A DNA stretch of 62,807 bases, filler included, from Sanchytrium tribonematis (Eukaryota), in NCBI GenBank assembly GCA_018985235.1. It is 14 parts of 14 records of this genome, joined end to end, with 100 filler letters (N's around TTAATTAATTAA, not from the genome) between each part and the next. Parts side by side here need not be neighbours in the genome. Positions count along the whole stretch, not along the records: positions 29,409 to 47,890 come from JADGIG010000112.1; positions 47,991 to 50,038 come from JADGIG010001138.1; positions 50,139 to 52,182 come from JADGIG010001139.1; positions 52,283 to 54,315 come from JADGIG010001140.1; positions 54,416 to 56,445 come from JADGIG010001141.1; positions 56,546 to 58,569 come from JADGIG010001142.1; 8 more parts are not named here. One strand, written 5' to 3'. Positions 46,416-58,669 of the stretch are shown one piece after another. Numbering within the stretch: the stretch's first letter is position 1; each line of letters begins with the position of its first letter. The position numbers and the translations under genes were made by a program. Under the pieces are notes generated by a model. It did no database searches, was not told where the DNA came from, and saw only the letters and a list, made by a program, of their open reading frames with translations.

Positions 46416-47890
46416 TCAATTGAGCAATTCTGAAAAGTAAGTGTCCCCGGCCATTATGTTTTTATATATATTTTGATATAATGACATTGTAAAAACTGGA
46501 AGTATTTTGCTTCGAATAGCCACCACAGTTTGATTCAGCGACATTCCATTATAAGCCGTTTCGCCGTGGACTAGTTCGTACAGTAGAATGCCAAAACTAT
46601 ACATATCATCTAATTCTGAATATCTGTAGCTATTTCCCTTGTCAAATTGACAAATTACGCTATCACTCAAGTATCGTGCATACAATGGTTGCTCTGGATC
46701 ACTTTGAGACAGAAAAGGCTGAATTCTCAAATCCCCAATAATTATGTCAATTGTTTCGCCTGCTACCAGTTTCTTGATAAAAATAGAATGAAGGCCCAGA
46801 TTGCCATGACATCGTTTTTTAGCATGGATGGCTGTCATTCCTACAACTATTTGATTGACTATAGTCTGAATTTCTTTTTGATAATCTAAAATTGGAAGCA
46901 TATTTGTAGAAGGGTTTAAAAACCATTCATGTAGAGTCATTTGATATTTCTCAAAAATCAAAATATTTTTGTTCGGTGCTTGTGAAAAGCCACAAATTTG
47001 ATGTACTCTCTGAACTCCTCTTAAATTGCAATACAACTCCATTTCTTTTAAAAAATAGGACTCGCTTGACGAGTCTATACTTTTAAGTATTACAAATTTG
47101 TAAGGATTGTGGTCGTCGCTTTGGAGTAGCTTCCCACTTTTAATTTCAATACTGCCTCTCGTAGTAATTCTTTCCATCGGCTTGATATCTTGTAAGGAAA
47201 TTTTGTATGCCTCATATCTTTTCAATATATTCGCTGTTGGCACAATAGATACTTTATTTATAGCGTTGCGACCTAGTGATTGCTTCGCCCAAAGAATCAA
47301 AAATATTATAATAGTTACTACAAATGCTGACGCGGTAGCTAATACGACAAATATAGGTGTCGGGAGTCCAAATGACTCTGATGCTTGCGATACTGCTTTA
47401 GTCTGTGTCAAAGAAAAGTGTATAGAAACTGAAACTGTGTTGTTTTCTGAAAGTGTTTGAGTATTAGTGAGGATCAAATTCTCCAATAAATTTGAAGACA
47501 AATCCGACGAGTAAAATTGACCACCCAACCTCGAATTTGAAGTAGAAATGGAGCCAGAGTTCAAAGTTTTAAGAATGGCTGTGGCATGTGCAGTATTATA
47601 ACTTGCCGTATCCTGTAGACTATTTGCATTAGTCAGATAAGAAGTGGCATTATCATCACTACAGAGATGGTAAATATTTAATAAATCCAATTGACTGATA
47701 TAGTGGTAATGATGGACATGAGAAACGTTGTTTAATTGTGTTGCTTGCTGTTCATCAATTAAATGAGAAACAGTAGTTCGGTCTTCGATATAATTTGTTA
47801 AAGTTTTGCTAGTCCAATGGCAGGGTTCGGTAGAATTTTCTTGAACTGTTATGGTGGTACTATTAGAATTGATAAATGTAGCAGAATCTG
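46416..47890 (-). CDS. Receptor-like TM protein with a TKL-type pseudokinase, 5'-truncated
   Basis: S/T ectodomain, TM helix and a kinase fold with CHGNL (for HRD), GDLR (for DFG) and DMYSFGILLYEL. The frame appears open to the contig edge. Confidence 0.8.
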
Positions 47891-47990
47891 NNNNNNNNNN
47901 NNNNNNNNNNNNNNNNNNNNNNNNNNNNNNNNNNTTAATTAATTAANNNNNNNNNNNNNNNNNNNNNNNNNNNNNNNNNNNNNNNNNNNN

Positions 47991-48301
47991 GGATGTCGAT
48001 ATCCCTGTAACAACTCGTAATTCTCATTTATTTAGGTCCAACTCGTTTTATTGTAAATGGTCTCACTTCTGTAATTCAATCCATAACGACAACAAAAGAC
48101 ACCACCAAAAATCTCACAAGTAAGACAGAATCACCCCAAATTACTTCTAATCAATGGTCCATTCAGCCATTTAAAATTGAATGGTCTGTTTTAGTCACCC
48201 TCAAATTCAGTATTAGTATTTTTATAGTGGGAATTGTAGTTAGTAGAACACCATTCAGAAGAAAAAAGAGTTCAAAGAAGCACACAGAATTTCGTGCGTA
48301 G
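47991..48301 (+). CDS. 3' end of an LRR-TM family gene (not in the ORF track); intron 48017..48035
   Basis: After splicing it reads TT-R-PTRF...WSVLVTLKFSISIFIVGIVVSRTPFRRK, homologous to the 27651 tail. Confidence 0.7.
48017..48035 (+). other. 19-nt GT-AG intron
   Basis: GTAATTCTCATTTATTTAG, at the same position and phase as the 27950 intron in its paralogue. Confidence 0.8.
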
Positions 48302-48477
48302 TGAATAAATAATGAATTGATTGATTTGAATTATCTTTCGTCATAGTTGACATGTGATGTTGCAGTCCCATATAATTTGATCACCATAATGGCTATTAGT
48401 CTCTTATACGTCTCATACGTCCATTTATAACAAGTAAAAAGCCAATAATACTTCTAGGCCAAGTTTCAAGTTCAAAA

Positions 48478-50038
48478 ATGTATTCTGGCTTTCAAAATCT
48501 ATCACTGTTCTATCTAATGATGATAACACGCGTATTTGGAGTATCTTCAGACTGCTCAAATGTTATGAGTTTCTTTCAGGGATTAAATCTTCATATCACA
48601 GATGCTGCACTTTATCAGAGTATTCCAGCTGATTGTTGCACGACGTATATCAGCAATGCACTTGGAACGGTAGTGGTCGCTTATTAAGGGTCAATTTATT
48701 CCAAGTACTACTACTTACTTACACATTTATCAGACTCCCATTTCTGCCATTCCAAGTGATTTACCAAGCACCATTTTGTATCTTTATTTGGGAAATAACA
48801 AGCTACAAGGCGCGATTCCAAATACATTGCCTTCCCAATTGGTTGTTTTGGAGGCGGATGGAAACCAATTGACAGGATGGCCAACTTCATGGCCTTCGGG
48901 ATTAGTGTCTGTGTCGCTTATGAATAACAATTTAGCAAATTGCCAATATTTCCACCAAATATCGGATCTCTGAAACTTTCATATAATTTGATAAGTGACA
49001 CTTGGCCCAGTTCAGTTCCAGCTACTCTAAATATATTTTCAGTTAGTTACAATTTGATGACAGGTTCAATGCCCTCGAGTTTACCAAATTCTCTTTTGTA
49101 TTTGTATATAGAGTACAATTTCTTCACGGGCGCATTTCCAGTGGTTTCTCCACAAATGAAAGAATTATATATTAGTGGCAACCAATTTACAAGTTTCCCA
49201 GCAACACTGCCTTCAACCACCATAATTGTGTATTTGGATCATAATTTACTTACTAAAATGCCGCCATTTCCCCCAAATTTGTATTCCATCGACATATCTA
49301 ATAATTTGATTTCTGATAAAATTCTTCAAACATTCCCGACAACATTAGTTCATTTCCGTGCTTCTAATAATTTGATATTTGGTTCATTTCCAAGTTTATC
49401 AAATCAAATGAGTACTGTAGACCTAAGAAATAACAGATTAAATGGAACATTCCCAACTTTGACTACAGCAATCACCTATTTGTATTTGGAAAATAATTAT
49501 TTGACGGGCTCACTACCAGCAAATTGGCCACCTGGGTTGACAGAATTAACAGCTGGGAACAACAAATTGTCTGGGAGTCTCGCTAGTTTGTCTGATTGCA
49601 GCAGCATTGTAAAACTAAATTTGTCAAGTAACCAATTTAGCGGAGATTTGCCACTATTTACTGCACCCGTGTACTTGCTGGTAGATTTGTCAAATAACCA
49701 ATTATCTGGGGACATTTATTTGGGATACGCTACAATATATGATTTGAGATTGAGTTTCAACAAATTTCTAAGAAATCCATTATCTTTACCAAAAGCCATC
49801 GATACGCTAAAATTGGATCATAATCAAATCATTGGCGATATTAAGTATGTCCTACCAGTTTCTCTGAGTACTATCGACCTGTCAGGCAATAATTTGACTG
49901 GAACTATCCCAAATATTCAAAATCTAAATTTACTATATTTCAATATTTCCAACAATTTATTTACTGGCACTATCCCAAAATCACTCCAAAATGTCACTAC
50001 ATTGGATTTATCTCATAATTACTTGAGTGGATGCATTA
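48478..50038 (+). pseudogene. LRR surface gene with frame disruptions, 3'-truncated
   Basis: Signal, N-cap and LRRs are split across frames (~48652, ~48705-48733, ~48938). Confidence 0.65.
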
Positions 50039-52089
50039 NNNNNNNNNNNNNNNNNNNNNNNNNNNNNNNNNNNNNNNNNNNNTTAATTAATTAANNNNNN
50101 NNNNNNNNNNNNNNNNNNNNNNNNNNNNNNNNNNNNNNAAGCAGTCGCCATGACTGCATTTAATTGTGTTTTTAAAATAGAAGAAAATAGTTTACAATAT
50201 GGTGATATTCGTTATATTGTTAAAAATGGTCGTGAGAAACTAACTGTCAATTATTGATGTGAAAGTGAATTTATAATTGGAAGATTTGCGTCAGAAAAAG
50301 TATCAGATCCAACTCCATTTATTTTAAAATTTGGGGGATCTACATGTTTAACTAATGTGTCGCAGACTAAACTGTTCAACATGCGAATATAGTTTAAAGT
50401 ATGGTAATGCTGTAATGGTAATTGACTTAGTGAATGTTTTTGCAAAAAAATTTATACAAGATTCGTTGTCACTATAAATACAATAGTTTGAATGACGTAT
50501 TCCATTATTAACTAGATTATTTATGTAATGTATACTCTGTCTCACCCTTCTGACACAGACAATGACGCTTTCCGACTTCCAAAAATCAATGATAAAATCA
50601 ATGAATGCAAATACTTTGGAACTAACTCGTGATCAAGTACTTAGCTTTTTAAAAAGATATAGAAAAGTGGAAACAATACAAACTTATTTCCATCTGAATT
50701 AACACTTCCTCATCAGAATACTTTGCTACAGTGTCATTTGATTTAAATTGTGAATAAATTAATCGTCGTATTTTGATTCAATCCCCTCGTTTCTTGCTTT
50801 GAATTGAAATCTGCAAATCAATTTAATATTTTATTTGAATTAACAATATGGTTGTGTGGCTGGATTTAAGGTATATGATAAACAAATTTGATTTTGAAAG
50901 TAAAAAGCATATTTGTTTTGGTGACCACTGCCATGAAATTTGCATTTATATGTTGGATATTTTTATTCTTTTGATAATCGTAATTAAATGGATACCATGG
51001 CTGGCAAAAAGTTGATAAACAGTTACATAATTTCGCTCCATTAGCCAGCCAATCAAATTTAATGTTCTAGCCAATTAAAGCAATATCGTTATCCAATCAA
51101 CATCAACGTGATAGCCAATAAAAACGCTTCAAATGGTTATTATTAATGATGTTACTAACCAATAGACTGCTTTTAAAGGTTGGTTTGTAACAATTTGTGT
51201 TCAAATAGATTTAAAGTGATTGGTCAGGGAACATTTATAACAATTGAAAAATAACATTTGTAATAGTATGAAGTTAAGATCTGAAAAAGCAAGAGAAAAA
51301 GAAATTTTTAAAGATGTTTTGAAAAACGTGCAAAATCAAATATCTTATGACTCATTAAAACTAATAGTTGTAAGAGTCGACAATCAAAATTAAGAAAGTT
51401 AAAGTTGACGACAAATAGTATAAAACAAAGCCAAATCAATACAAAAAATTTGAGAAAAACTGTTTCCAAAAACATAGGTCTTAAAAGCCTAAGTAACATT
51501 CAAAAAAACAATAAGCTAAATAGTCAAAAATTGCAAGGTCTTAGACAAACTATAAGTAATCGGTTAATTGTCAAAAATTTAGATTATCCAGAGTACACAC
51601 AACCACATTTGCTTAATTTAAAACTATTTTTAGACTTCCATGTTAAATTAAAGAACTTATCCTTTGCCATTAAAGTCGAAGTACGAGAATTTGTTTGCCT
51701 TAACTGCAGTTCTTTGATTAAACTGCAAAACCTTGATAAAAATCAAAAGTATAAAATCAAATGTTCTGATAGAAATTGGGATAGCATTTCGGAATGTATA
51801 AAACTTTTTGTTTATCGAAAAGTAATGCAATTCCATGTTCCAAGTCGTTTCGTTGATCACTCCGTTCAACTTTGAGACTTTCGGAATTCGACATATTTAA
51901 TAATTTCTTCTTTTTCTTTGATGAGAAGTCATTCGTTTCTTGGCTGGTTGAGACATAATGCAAAATGTAAATTTGAAATTAAAATTATTTTTTGACCAAT
52001 TAACAACCATTGAATTACTATTAGCCAATCAATTGTAAGTAAAACAAATTAAAAAATATAATCCCCCTTTGAATTAAAAAATAGAGGTC

Positions 52090-52144
52090 TGCGTGATCCG
52101 AAAGAGTCCCTTACCATCCATTGCGTGATTCGAAAGAGTCCCTT
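52090..52144 (+). repeat. 23-bp direct repeat with a 32-bp period
   Basis: TGCGTGAT(C/T)CGAAAGAGTCCCTT at 52090 and 52122. Confidence 0.85.
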
Positions 52145-52558
52145 GGAAAATCTCTATGGTTTAAAAGAATGTTCGTGCAAAANNNNNNNNNNNNNNNNNN
52201 NNNNNNNNNNNNNNNNNNNNNNNNNNTTAATTAATTAANNNNNNNNNNNNNNNNNNNNNNNNNNNNNNNNNNNNNNNNNNNNATTCATACAAATGATATA
52301 GATGGAGAACATCTGAGATGCCAAAATAGATATTTATTAGTGCATCACATTCAGCCATACACGATTTATGAGAAACAGGCCAATTTTGAAACTTGTGGGA
52401 ATCACTGTAGATGCAAATAAATGACTGTAAATTATTGAGTGACGCATATAAGTCGTGAAAAGGGTGCCGAATAACTTAGTAGTCGAGACAACGCTCATCA
52501 TGCTAATTGATTTTTCTAGATCTCAATAGTTTTGAAATAAAGTGGCTTGATTTCAAAA

Positions 52559-54315
52559 ATGATTTTATTTTACTTTATTTTCGGAGTCATTTCAGACTGT
52601 CAAATTGTCATCCAAATGGCCCGTAAACTAGGTTTAGATCGTCATAAACCAGTCATGTACGCGAATATCATGATAGATTGTTGTTTGTCTTTTGATTTGA
52701 CTGGTATAACATGTTCAAATGGAAATGTCAAGTCTATCGACTGGAACAGTCTTGGATTGGATGGAGATGTGACAAGTTTAATCATTCCTTCCAAATTGAG
52801 TAGCTTGATTTTGGATTTTAATGATTTGACGGGACATTTGAATTTCAAATTACCTTTAGAATCGTTTTCTATTACCTGCAATCGATTATCTGGCAGTTTG
52901 AATACCACTATTCCATCTACTTTAGATAATTTGTTTCTTTCTTATAACCAATTGAGTGGGTATTTGGACTTTGATTTTAATGGAATTTATTTTGATGTTT
53001 CAAATAACAAATTGATTGGAAATTTACCAAGAATGAATACTGCTACTTATATAACTTGTCATTTAAATCAGTTTAATGGTACATTGACTGATAAATTGCC
53101 AGCAACACTCATCATTGGAAATTTAGGACATAATCAATTTTATGGGCCAATTGGATTCATTCCAACGGCAGAAACCATCATTTTGGATTACAATTTGTTG
53201 AGTGGTAATGTTTCCAACTTTCCAAGCAGTTTAAGAACTTTTTCTGCCAGTCATAATTTACTTACTGGAGTGATTCCAGATTTAGTGCCAAATCTGTTTT
53301 ATTTACATTTAGACCACAACAAATTAAGTGGGTTATTTGAGCCTGATGCCACCAAATTAATAGAATTGACTATTAGTCACAACAAATTGGCTGGAAATAT
53401 GAGCAATTGGCTGTCTGCTGAGAATGTACGAACATTGGATATTTCAAATAATCTATTTTACGGTGAAATTACTATTTTTAGTGACAATTGTGCATTGAAC
53501 ATGACTCAAAACAACATTTCAAGCGTAAAAGTGAAGAATGGGGGCTGTTTAGTAGGTGGTTCTGGTAATTATTGCAATATTGGAAACAACCCCATTTCAA
53601 ATTCAACGAATTTACCAATTAATTGCCAGTTGAATTTATCTCCAAACAGTGGATATGGCTGCGAACAACTTGCTGTATTCGCCAAGTCAATGCAATTGGA
53701 CGTCACGATGCCGGAATACTACAAATCAATAGAACAAGATTGTTGTCTGGTGATGAATATTTATTGTAAACAAGGGATAGTAGATCAAATTGAATGGTCC
53801 TATTTGAACCAATTTGGTCCGCCAATTACTTTAAACCTGGATTTATTGCCAAAAGGCGTTAGTTCAGTGTCTTTGTCTAATAATAACTTTGTCAAAATTG
53901 TTGGCCAAGTCCCTGTAAATTTGACTCAAATTGATATATCAGTTAACAAAATCAATGGTTCTTTGCCTGATCTTAGTCAATTGACCAGTATACTCGCATC
54001 AATCAATTTATTTAAAGGCCCCATCACTCAGAAATTTGTAAAAACAGGAATCCTCGTTTTAAATGGAAACCAATTCAATGGCACATTACCAGAAGCACCA
54101 AATGCGTTTTTCTACATATTATTTGACAATCAGTTCAGTGGTCCAATTTATATTCCACCAAATGCCTATTATTATTTTGTACATAATAATTTCTTGAGTG
54201 GCTCATTATCTGGTTTCGGCAACATTTATGAGGGAATTATGAGTCATAATTTATTGTCTGGCACAATTCCATTAATTCCAGAGAGTGTAAATAGTTTAGA
54301 TTTGTCATTTAATCA
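52559..54315 (+). CDS. Secreted LRR protein with two N-cap/LRR blocks, 3'-truncated
   Basis: MILFYFIFGVISDC..DCC..C, with a second cap GCEQL..DCC..IYC. Confidence 0.85.
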
Positions 54316-54415
54316 NNNNNNNNNNNNNNNNNNNNNNNNNNNNNNNNNNNNNNNNNNNNTTAATTAATTAANNNNNNNNNNNNNNNNNNNNNNNNNNNNN
54401 NNNNNNNNNNNNNNN

Positions 54416-54848
54416 TATGAATTACAGCATATTTAGAAACATCTGCAGGTGCTTTTTCGTAAATATCTATTTTCGAACTAGTTATAAGTACAGGATATTC
54501 TTTAATCAGATTTTGCTGAGATTCAGAGTACGATTTTGTACTGTTTGATATTGTATGCATCGAATCGATGACTGAGGTAAATTGATTTACAATATATTGG
54601 TTTAAATCAAAAGCCTCAATAACAATGACTACCGCATTGCAAGTATTTAACAAAAATTTTAATGTTTTTTCGCTTTTTAAATCCGGAATCTCAAGCCATT
54701 CCACATAAAAGTTTTTGTTGAATTTTTGGCTAAAATGTAAGCTCAGATTGCAAATGCCAGAATCATTAGAGCTCATCTTTTTAATAAAAGTTGATTTTCC
54801 ACTTTTTCCACTACCCCATACTGCAATTCTAATTTTCTCCAATGACAT
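54416..54848 (-). CDS. Rab-like small GTPase (RABL3-like), 3'-truncated
   Basis: Motifs IRIAVWGSGKSGKST, FYVEW and SSKID. Confidence 0.7.
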
Positions 54849-54907
54849 TTGAAACAAGGTTTGCAAAATTATTTTCTTAATTTTTTCAATTTCAAGCCAT
54901 ATAAATA

Positions 54908-55657
54908 TTAGCTAAATTTCCTAGCAACAGCGTTTTTATGAAAATCATTCATCCACAATGACAAAAATATCTTATGTTCCTGTTTTTGCTCAAATAATAC
55001 GCCTTTAACACCCAAAAAAGCTGCCTTGTAAACTTGAGGAAAACTTCCTTTAAAATCAATAATTTTTAAGTTTTTAACATTTGAGTTCAAATGATGCGAC
55101 TCAGTATGGTCTAGTATACTATCAGCAAGGCCTGAATTTAAGCAATCTTCAGCTACGAGCTTATCTGCTTTAGTCAATATTTCAAGTGCCTTTTGTTTCC
55201 CAACAATTTCGAGTAATCTTGATGTTCCACCCCATCCAGGTATTATTCCAAATTTTCCATGAACGAATTGAATGTAAGAGTCTTTTCCCATAATTCTGAA
55301 ATCTGTGAAGCAGCACAATTCTGAACCTCCCCCAATTGCTAAATTGTCAATGATAGAATACGTTGCGAAAGGTAATTTTTTCAATCTAATTAAATTGCGA
55401 GTCATTAAACTGTTCATTAATAATCCTCCTTTCGTAGTTAAAAGTGTTCTATCCCTCAAATCTGCTCCTGTACAGAAATATTTTGAGCCAACCAAATTCA
55501 AGCCTTCGATAGTACTTTGAGAAGACTCTAATTCTTGAAGCACCTTGGGAAACTCCTCCATCATTTCCATACACCAGCTTGTTTTCAGCAATTTTAATTG
55601 AACAAAACTTGCCCTGTCTGCATATCGACTAATCGTAAAAAATTTGAAAATCGACAT
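54908..55657 (-). CDS. Crotonase-family enzyme (ethylmalonyl-CoA decarboxylase/ECHDC1-like)
   Basis: Motifs FCTGADL, AIGGGSEL, DFRIM and GIIPGWGGTSRL. The start is placed at MSIFKF. Confidence 0.85.
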   Translation of the reverse strand: MSIFKFFTISRYADRASFVQLKLLKTSWCMEMMEEFPKVLQELESSQSTIEGLNLVGSKYFCTGADLRDRTLLTTKGGLLMNSLMTRNLIRLKKLPFATYSIIDNLAIGGGSELCCFTDFRIMGKDSYIQFVHGKFGIIPGWGGTSRLLEIVGKQKALEILTKADKLVAEDCLNSGLADSILDHTESHHLNSNVKNLKIIDFKGSFPQVYKAAFLGVKGVLFEQKQEHKIFLSLWMNDFHKNAVARKFS

Positions 55658-55668
55658 AACAAGGAGAA

Positions 55669-56388
55669 ATGACAAATCTCGGGCCGGAGCAAGAATGGTA
55701 TCTGCAAACGCTATCCACGGCTCAAAAAGATATCTTACAACAATTGCAAATAATTTTAAAGTATTTTTCACAACCTGTAAAGCTTGCCATTTCTACTGAG
55801 CAAATAAGCGGATACTTGGCAATAACAAATAATTTGGTGCTGTCCGGAGAAATGGTTCTTAAAAAAGGCAAATCAAAAATCTCGGTCAATAAAGAGATAC
55901 CTTACTCTATCATTCAAATAGAAAATATAATCAAATATATAATCATGGCAAGCGAATCTCTTGATGTTGGACATTTTATTACAGCACTTGAGCAAATAGA
56001 CAAAATGAGTAGGATGATCCGCAGGACGAGACAGCAGTTATATTTTAGAGACCCTAGCCTCAGCTTTGCGCATTCATTTATTAGGCAAGGTTCATTTGTG
56101 GAAAAAGATCATATTATCGATATCAATCTTAATGAAAATAGGCTCATTATATACATTTATCATTTTAGGAAAACAATTGACTACAATTATTCACTCGAAG
56201 AATACCAAGACGTCTATAAAATATTCAAACGAATCATACCAAATACAAATAAACATTTGCCAGAAATTGAAGGTTGCATCGAATTAGAAATTGAGCATCC
56301 GCCAATGAAGCAAGTTCTTGAGAGAATCCATGTAGTAGAACAATTAATTCGAGAATGTATATACACTTTACAATGCTTCAAGAAATAG
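55669..56388 (+). CDS. Rogdi/Rav2-like protein
   Basis: EQEWYLQT helix, GYL strand and YSIIQIEN, which resemble the Rogdi_lz family. Confidence 0.6.
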   Translation: MTNLGPEQEWYLQTLSTAQKDILQQLQIILKYFSQPVKLAISTEQISGYLAITNNLVLSGEMVLKKGKSKISVNKEIPYSIIQIENIIKYIIMASESLDVGHFITALEQIDKMSRMIRRTRQQLYFRDPSLSFAHSFIRQGSFVEKDHIIDINLNENRLIIYIYHFRKTIDYNYSLEEYQDVYKIFKRIIPNTNKHLPEIEGCIELEIEHPPMKQVLERIHVVEQLIRECIYTLQCFKK

Positions 56389-56545
56389 AAAGTAAATTTA
56401 TTGACATAATAAGCTGGCGACTAAATCATGACAGTCGTCATCAACNNNNNNNNNNNNNNNNNNNNNNNNNNNNNNNNNNNNNNNNNNNNTTAATTAATTA
56501 ANNNNNNNNNNNNNNNNNNNNNNNNNNNNNNNNNNNNNNNNNNNN

Positions 56546-58569
56546 ATATCCCATATAAAGCCAAAAGAAGATTTAGAAGTAAAGCAGAACAAGATATTTT
56601 ATTTTTGAATAGAGATAAAATGCTTGAACTTGATGTAATTGAAGAATGTCCAGATGACGGGACTGATTTTGCACATGAGACTGTCATTGTATCAAAGAAA
56701 GGAACAGATGAGAAACGAGTTTGTGTTGATCTCAGGGCACTTAATCTGTTAATAATAAAAAACATGTATCCTCAAGCAGATGCTGAGGAGCAATTGCAAA
56801 GATTTGCCGGAATGAACTTCTTCCTTCATGTCGATTTGACCAGTGGTTACTGGCAAATCATTTTATCTCCGGAATCAAGGAAATATACTGCTTTCTATAT
56901 TGGAGATAAACTGTATCAATTTAAAAGAATCCCATTTGGAATTGTGAATGCTCCTGCGTGGTTTCAAAAAATAATGAATGATTTGTTGAAAGATTTGCCA
57001 TTTGCGAAAGCATTTCAAGATGATATCTCAATGGGAGCTAAAACATTTGATGAATTTCTATATCAAACTGAAGAAATCTTTAAAAAATTAGAAGAAAAGA
57101 ATTTCAAATTAAAGCCATCCAAATGTAGTCTTGGATTTGAACAAATAGAGCTATTAGGTCATATTGTGTCTGGATCAGGACTCCAACCCGATCAAAATAA
57201 AGTAGATAACCTTTTAAATGCGTCCACCCCTCAAGATAAGAAGCAATTAGCATCGTTTCATGGAATGGCACAATGGTATGCGAGATATATACCTGATTAC
57301 TCAATTGTGGCCAAGCCAATGCTCAAATTGCTGCGCAAAAATGAAAGGTTTGAGTGGGGAGATGAGCAGGAATTTGCATATCGATCAGTTTTAAAATTAT
57401 TAGCCCAAAGAACAGTTTTACATTACCCAAATCCCAATTTAGATTATCAGATCAGAACTGATGCGTCTAGTTTGCGGGGTATTGGAGCAGTGTTACTGCA
57501 AGATGGCTTGCCACTTTACTTTTGGTCAAGAACAATTAAGGAGCGGGAATCGCAATGGCACATCACCGAACTTGAGTGCCTTGCGATTGTCGAAAGCCTT
57601 AAGAAATTTCAAAGATATATTTTTGGTAAGAAAGTGCAGGTATTTACTGATCATGGATCGTTGTCATGGCTATTAGTGAGCCGAAATCTGCTAATTGGGA
57701 AATTGTATAGATGGGGTCTGTTTTTATCTTCTTTTGATCTCACCATTATCTATGTCAAAGGATGTGTTAATTTTGATGCTGATTATCTATCACGAAATCC
57801 AACCATTCGAGATGCTGTGCAAAACGCAAAACTACTTACCAAAAATAAATCTGCTGCCGTGGTAAATATGACAACTAGAAGTCAAACCAAAGGTGTTCTG
57901 ATTGATGGCATGCAGGATAATATGGAAATTGATCATGAAATTGTCCATCAAAATGCAAATACTGATTTTCAAGGGGAACAACCCGGGGACAATGTAGAAG
58001 AAGTGACAGAATTTGAGTATTTACTTATTCCTGGTGTCACAAAAGCTGACCTGTTGACGGTGCAACTATTAGACCTTGAATGTCGGGAATATATTGGTAA
58101 GATTTTTGGAGTGGATCATATTTCGGCAGATTTGGCAAAGATTCTTGAGGAGAAACACATCGAAGTCATCTTATACGAAGAAAGAATCTTTGTACCAATG
58201 TGCTACAGAAAATCAGTATTGTTTTATGCGCACGATTCCACACTGTCATGCCATCTTGGTATTAATAAAATGATGGGGCAACTCAAATCAGTGTACTGGC
58301 CAAAAATGAATGAAGATGTCTCTAATTATTGCCGATCCTGTTTATGGTGCGTAGGCTATAAAACTAGTACTAATAAAAAACACGTTGCTGCACGCACTCC
58401 GCCTAAATATCCGTTTCAAATTGTTAGTATGGATGTATTGCATTTAATAAATGAAGAAAACGACCTTGGCGATATAGTGGGTAAAGCATTGGTAGTGGGG
58501 GATACATTCTCTTCTTTCGTGAGAATTATTGAACTTCCAAATGAAGAAGTGACTACCTTAGAAAAAGCA
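56546..58569 (+). mobile_element. Ty3/Gypsy LTR retrotransposon pol fragment (RT, RNase H, integrase)
   Basis: CVDLRALN, DLTSGYWQI, PFGIVNAP, FQDD, TDAS, ELECLAIV, TDH, H-x6-H..CxxC and PFQIVSMD in one uninterrupted ORF. Confidence 0.95.
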
Positions 58570-58669
58570 NNNNNNNNNNNNNNNNNNNNNNNNNNNNNNN
58601 NNNNNNNNNNNNNTTAATTAATTAANNNNNNNNNNNNNNNNNNNNNNNNNNNNNNNNNNNNNNNNNNNN

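Noticed and set aside
48705..48733. Possible 29-nt intron GTACTACTACTTACTTACACATTTATCAG
   Set aside because: It restores frame locally but lacks the -6 A and the 19-20-nt length, and the gene has two other unexplained frameshifts. Left unsupported.
55658..55771. ORF-track N-terminal extensions that create gene overlaps (also 8095, 37162, 45724)
   Set aside because: They arise from TTG/GTG or upstream starts. Homology and the CCC/GGG motifs favour downstream ATGs.
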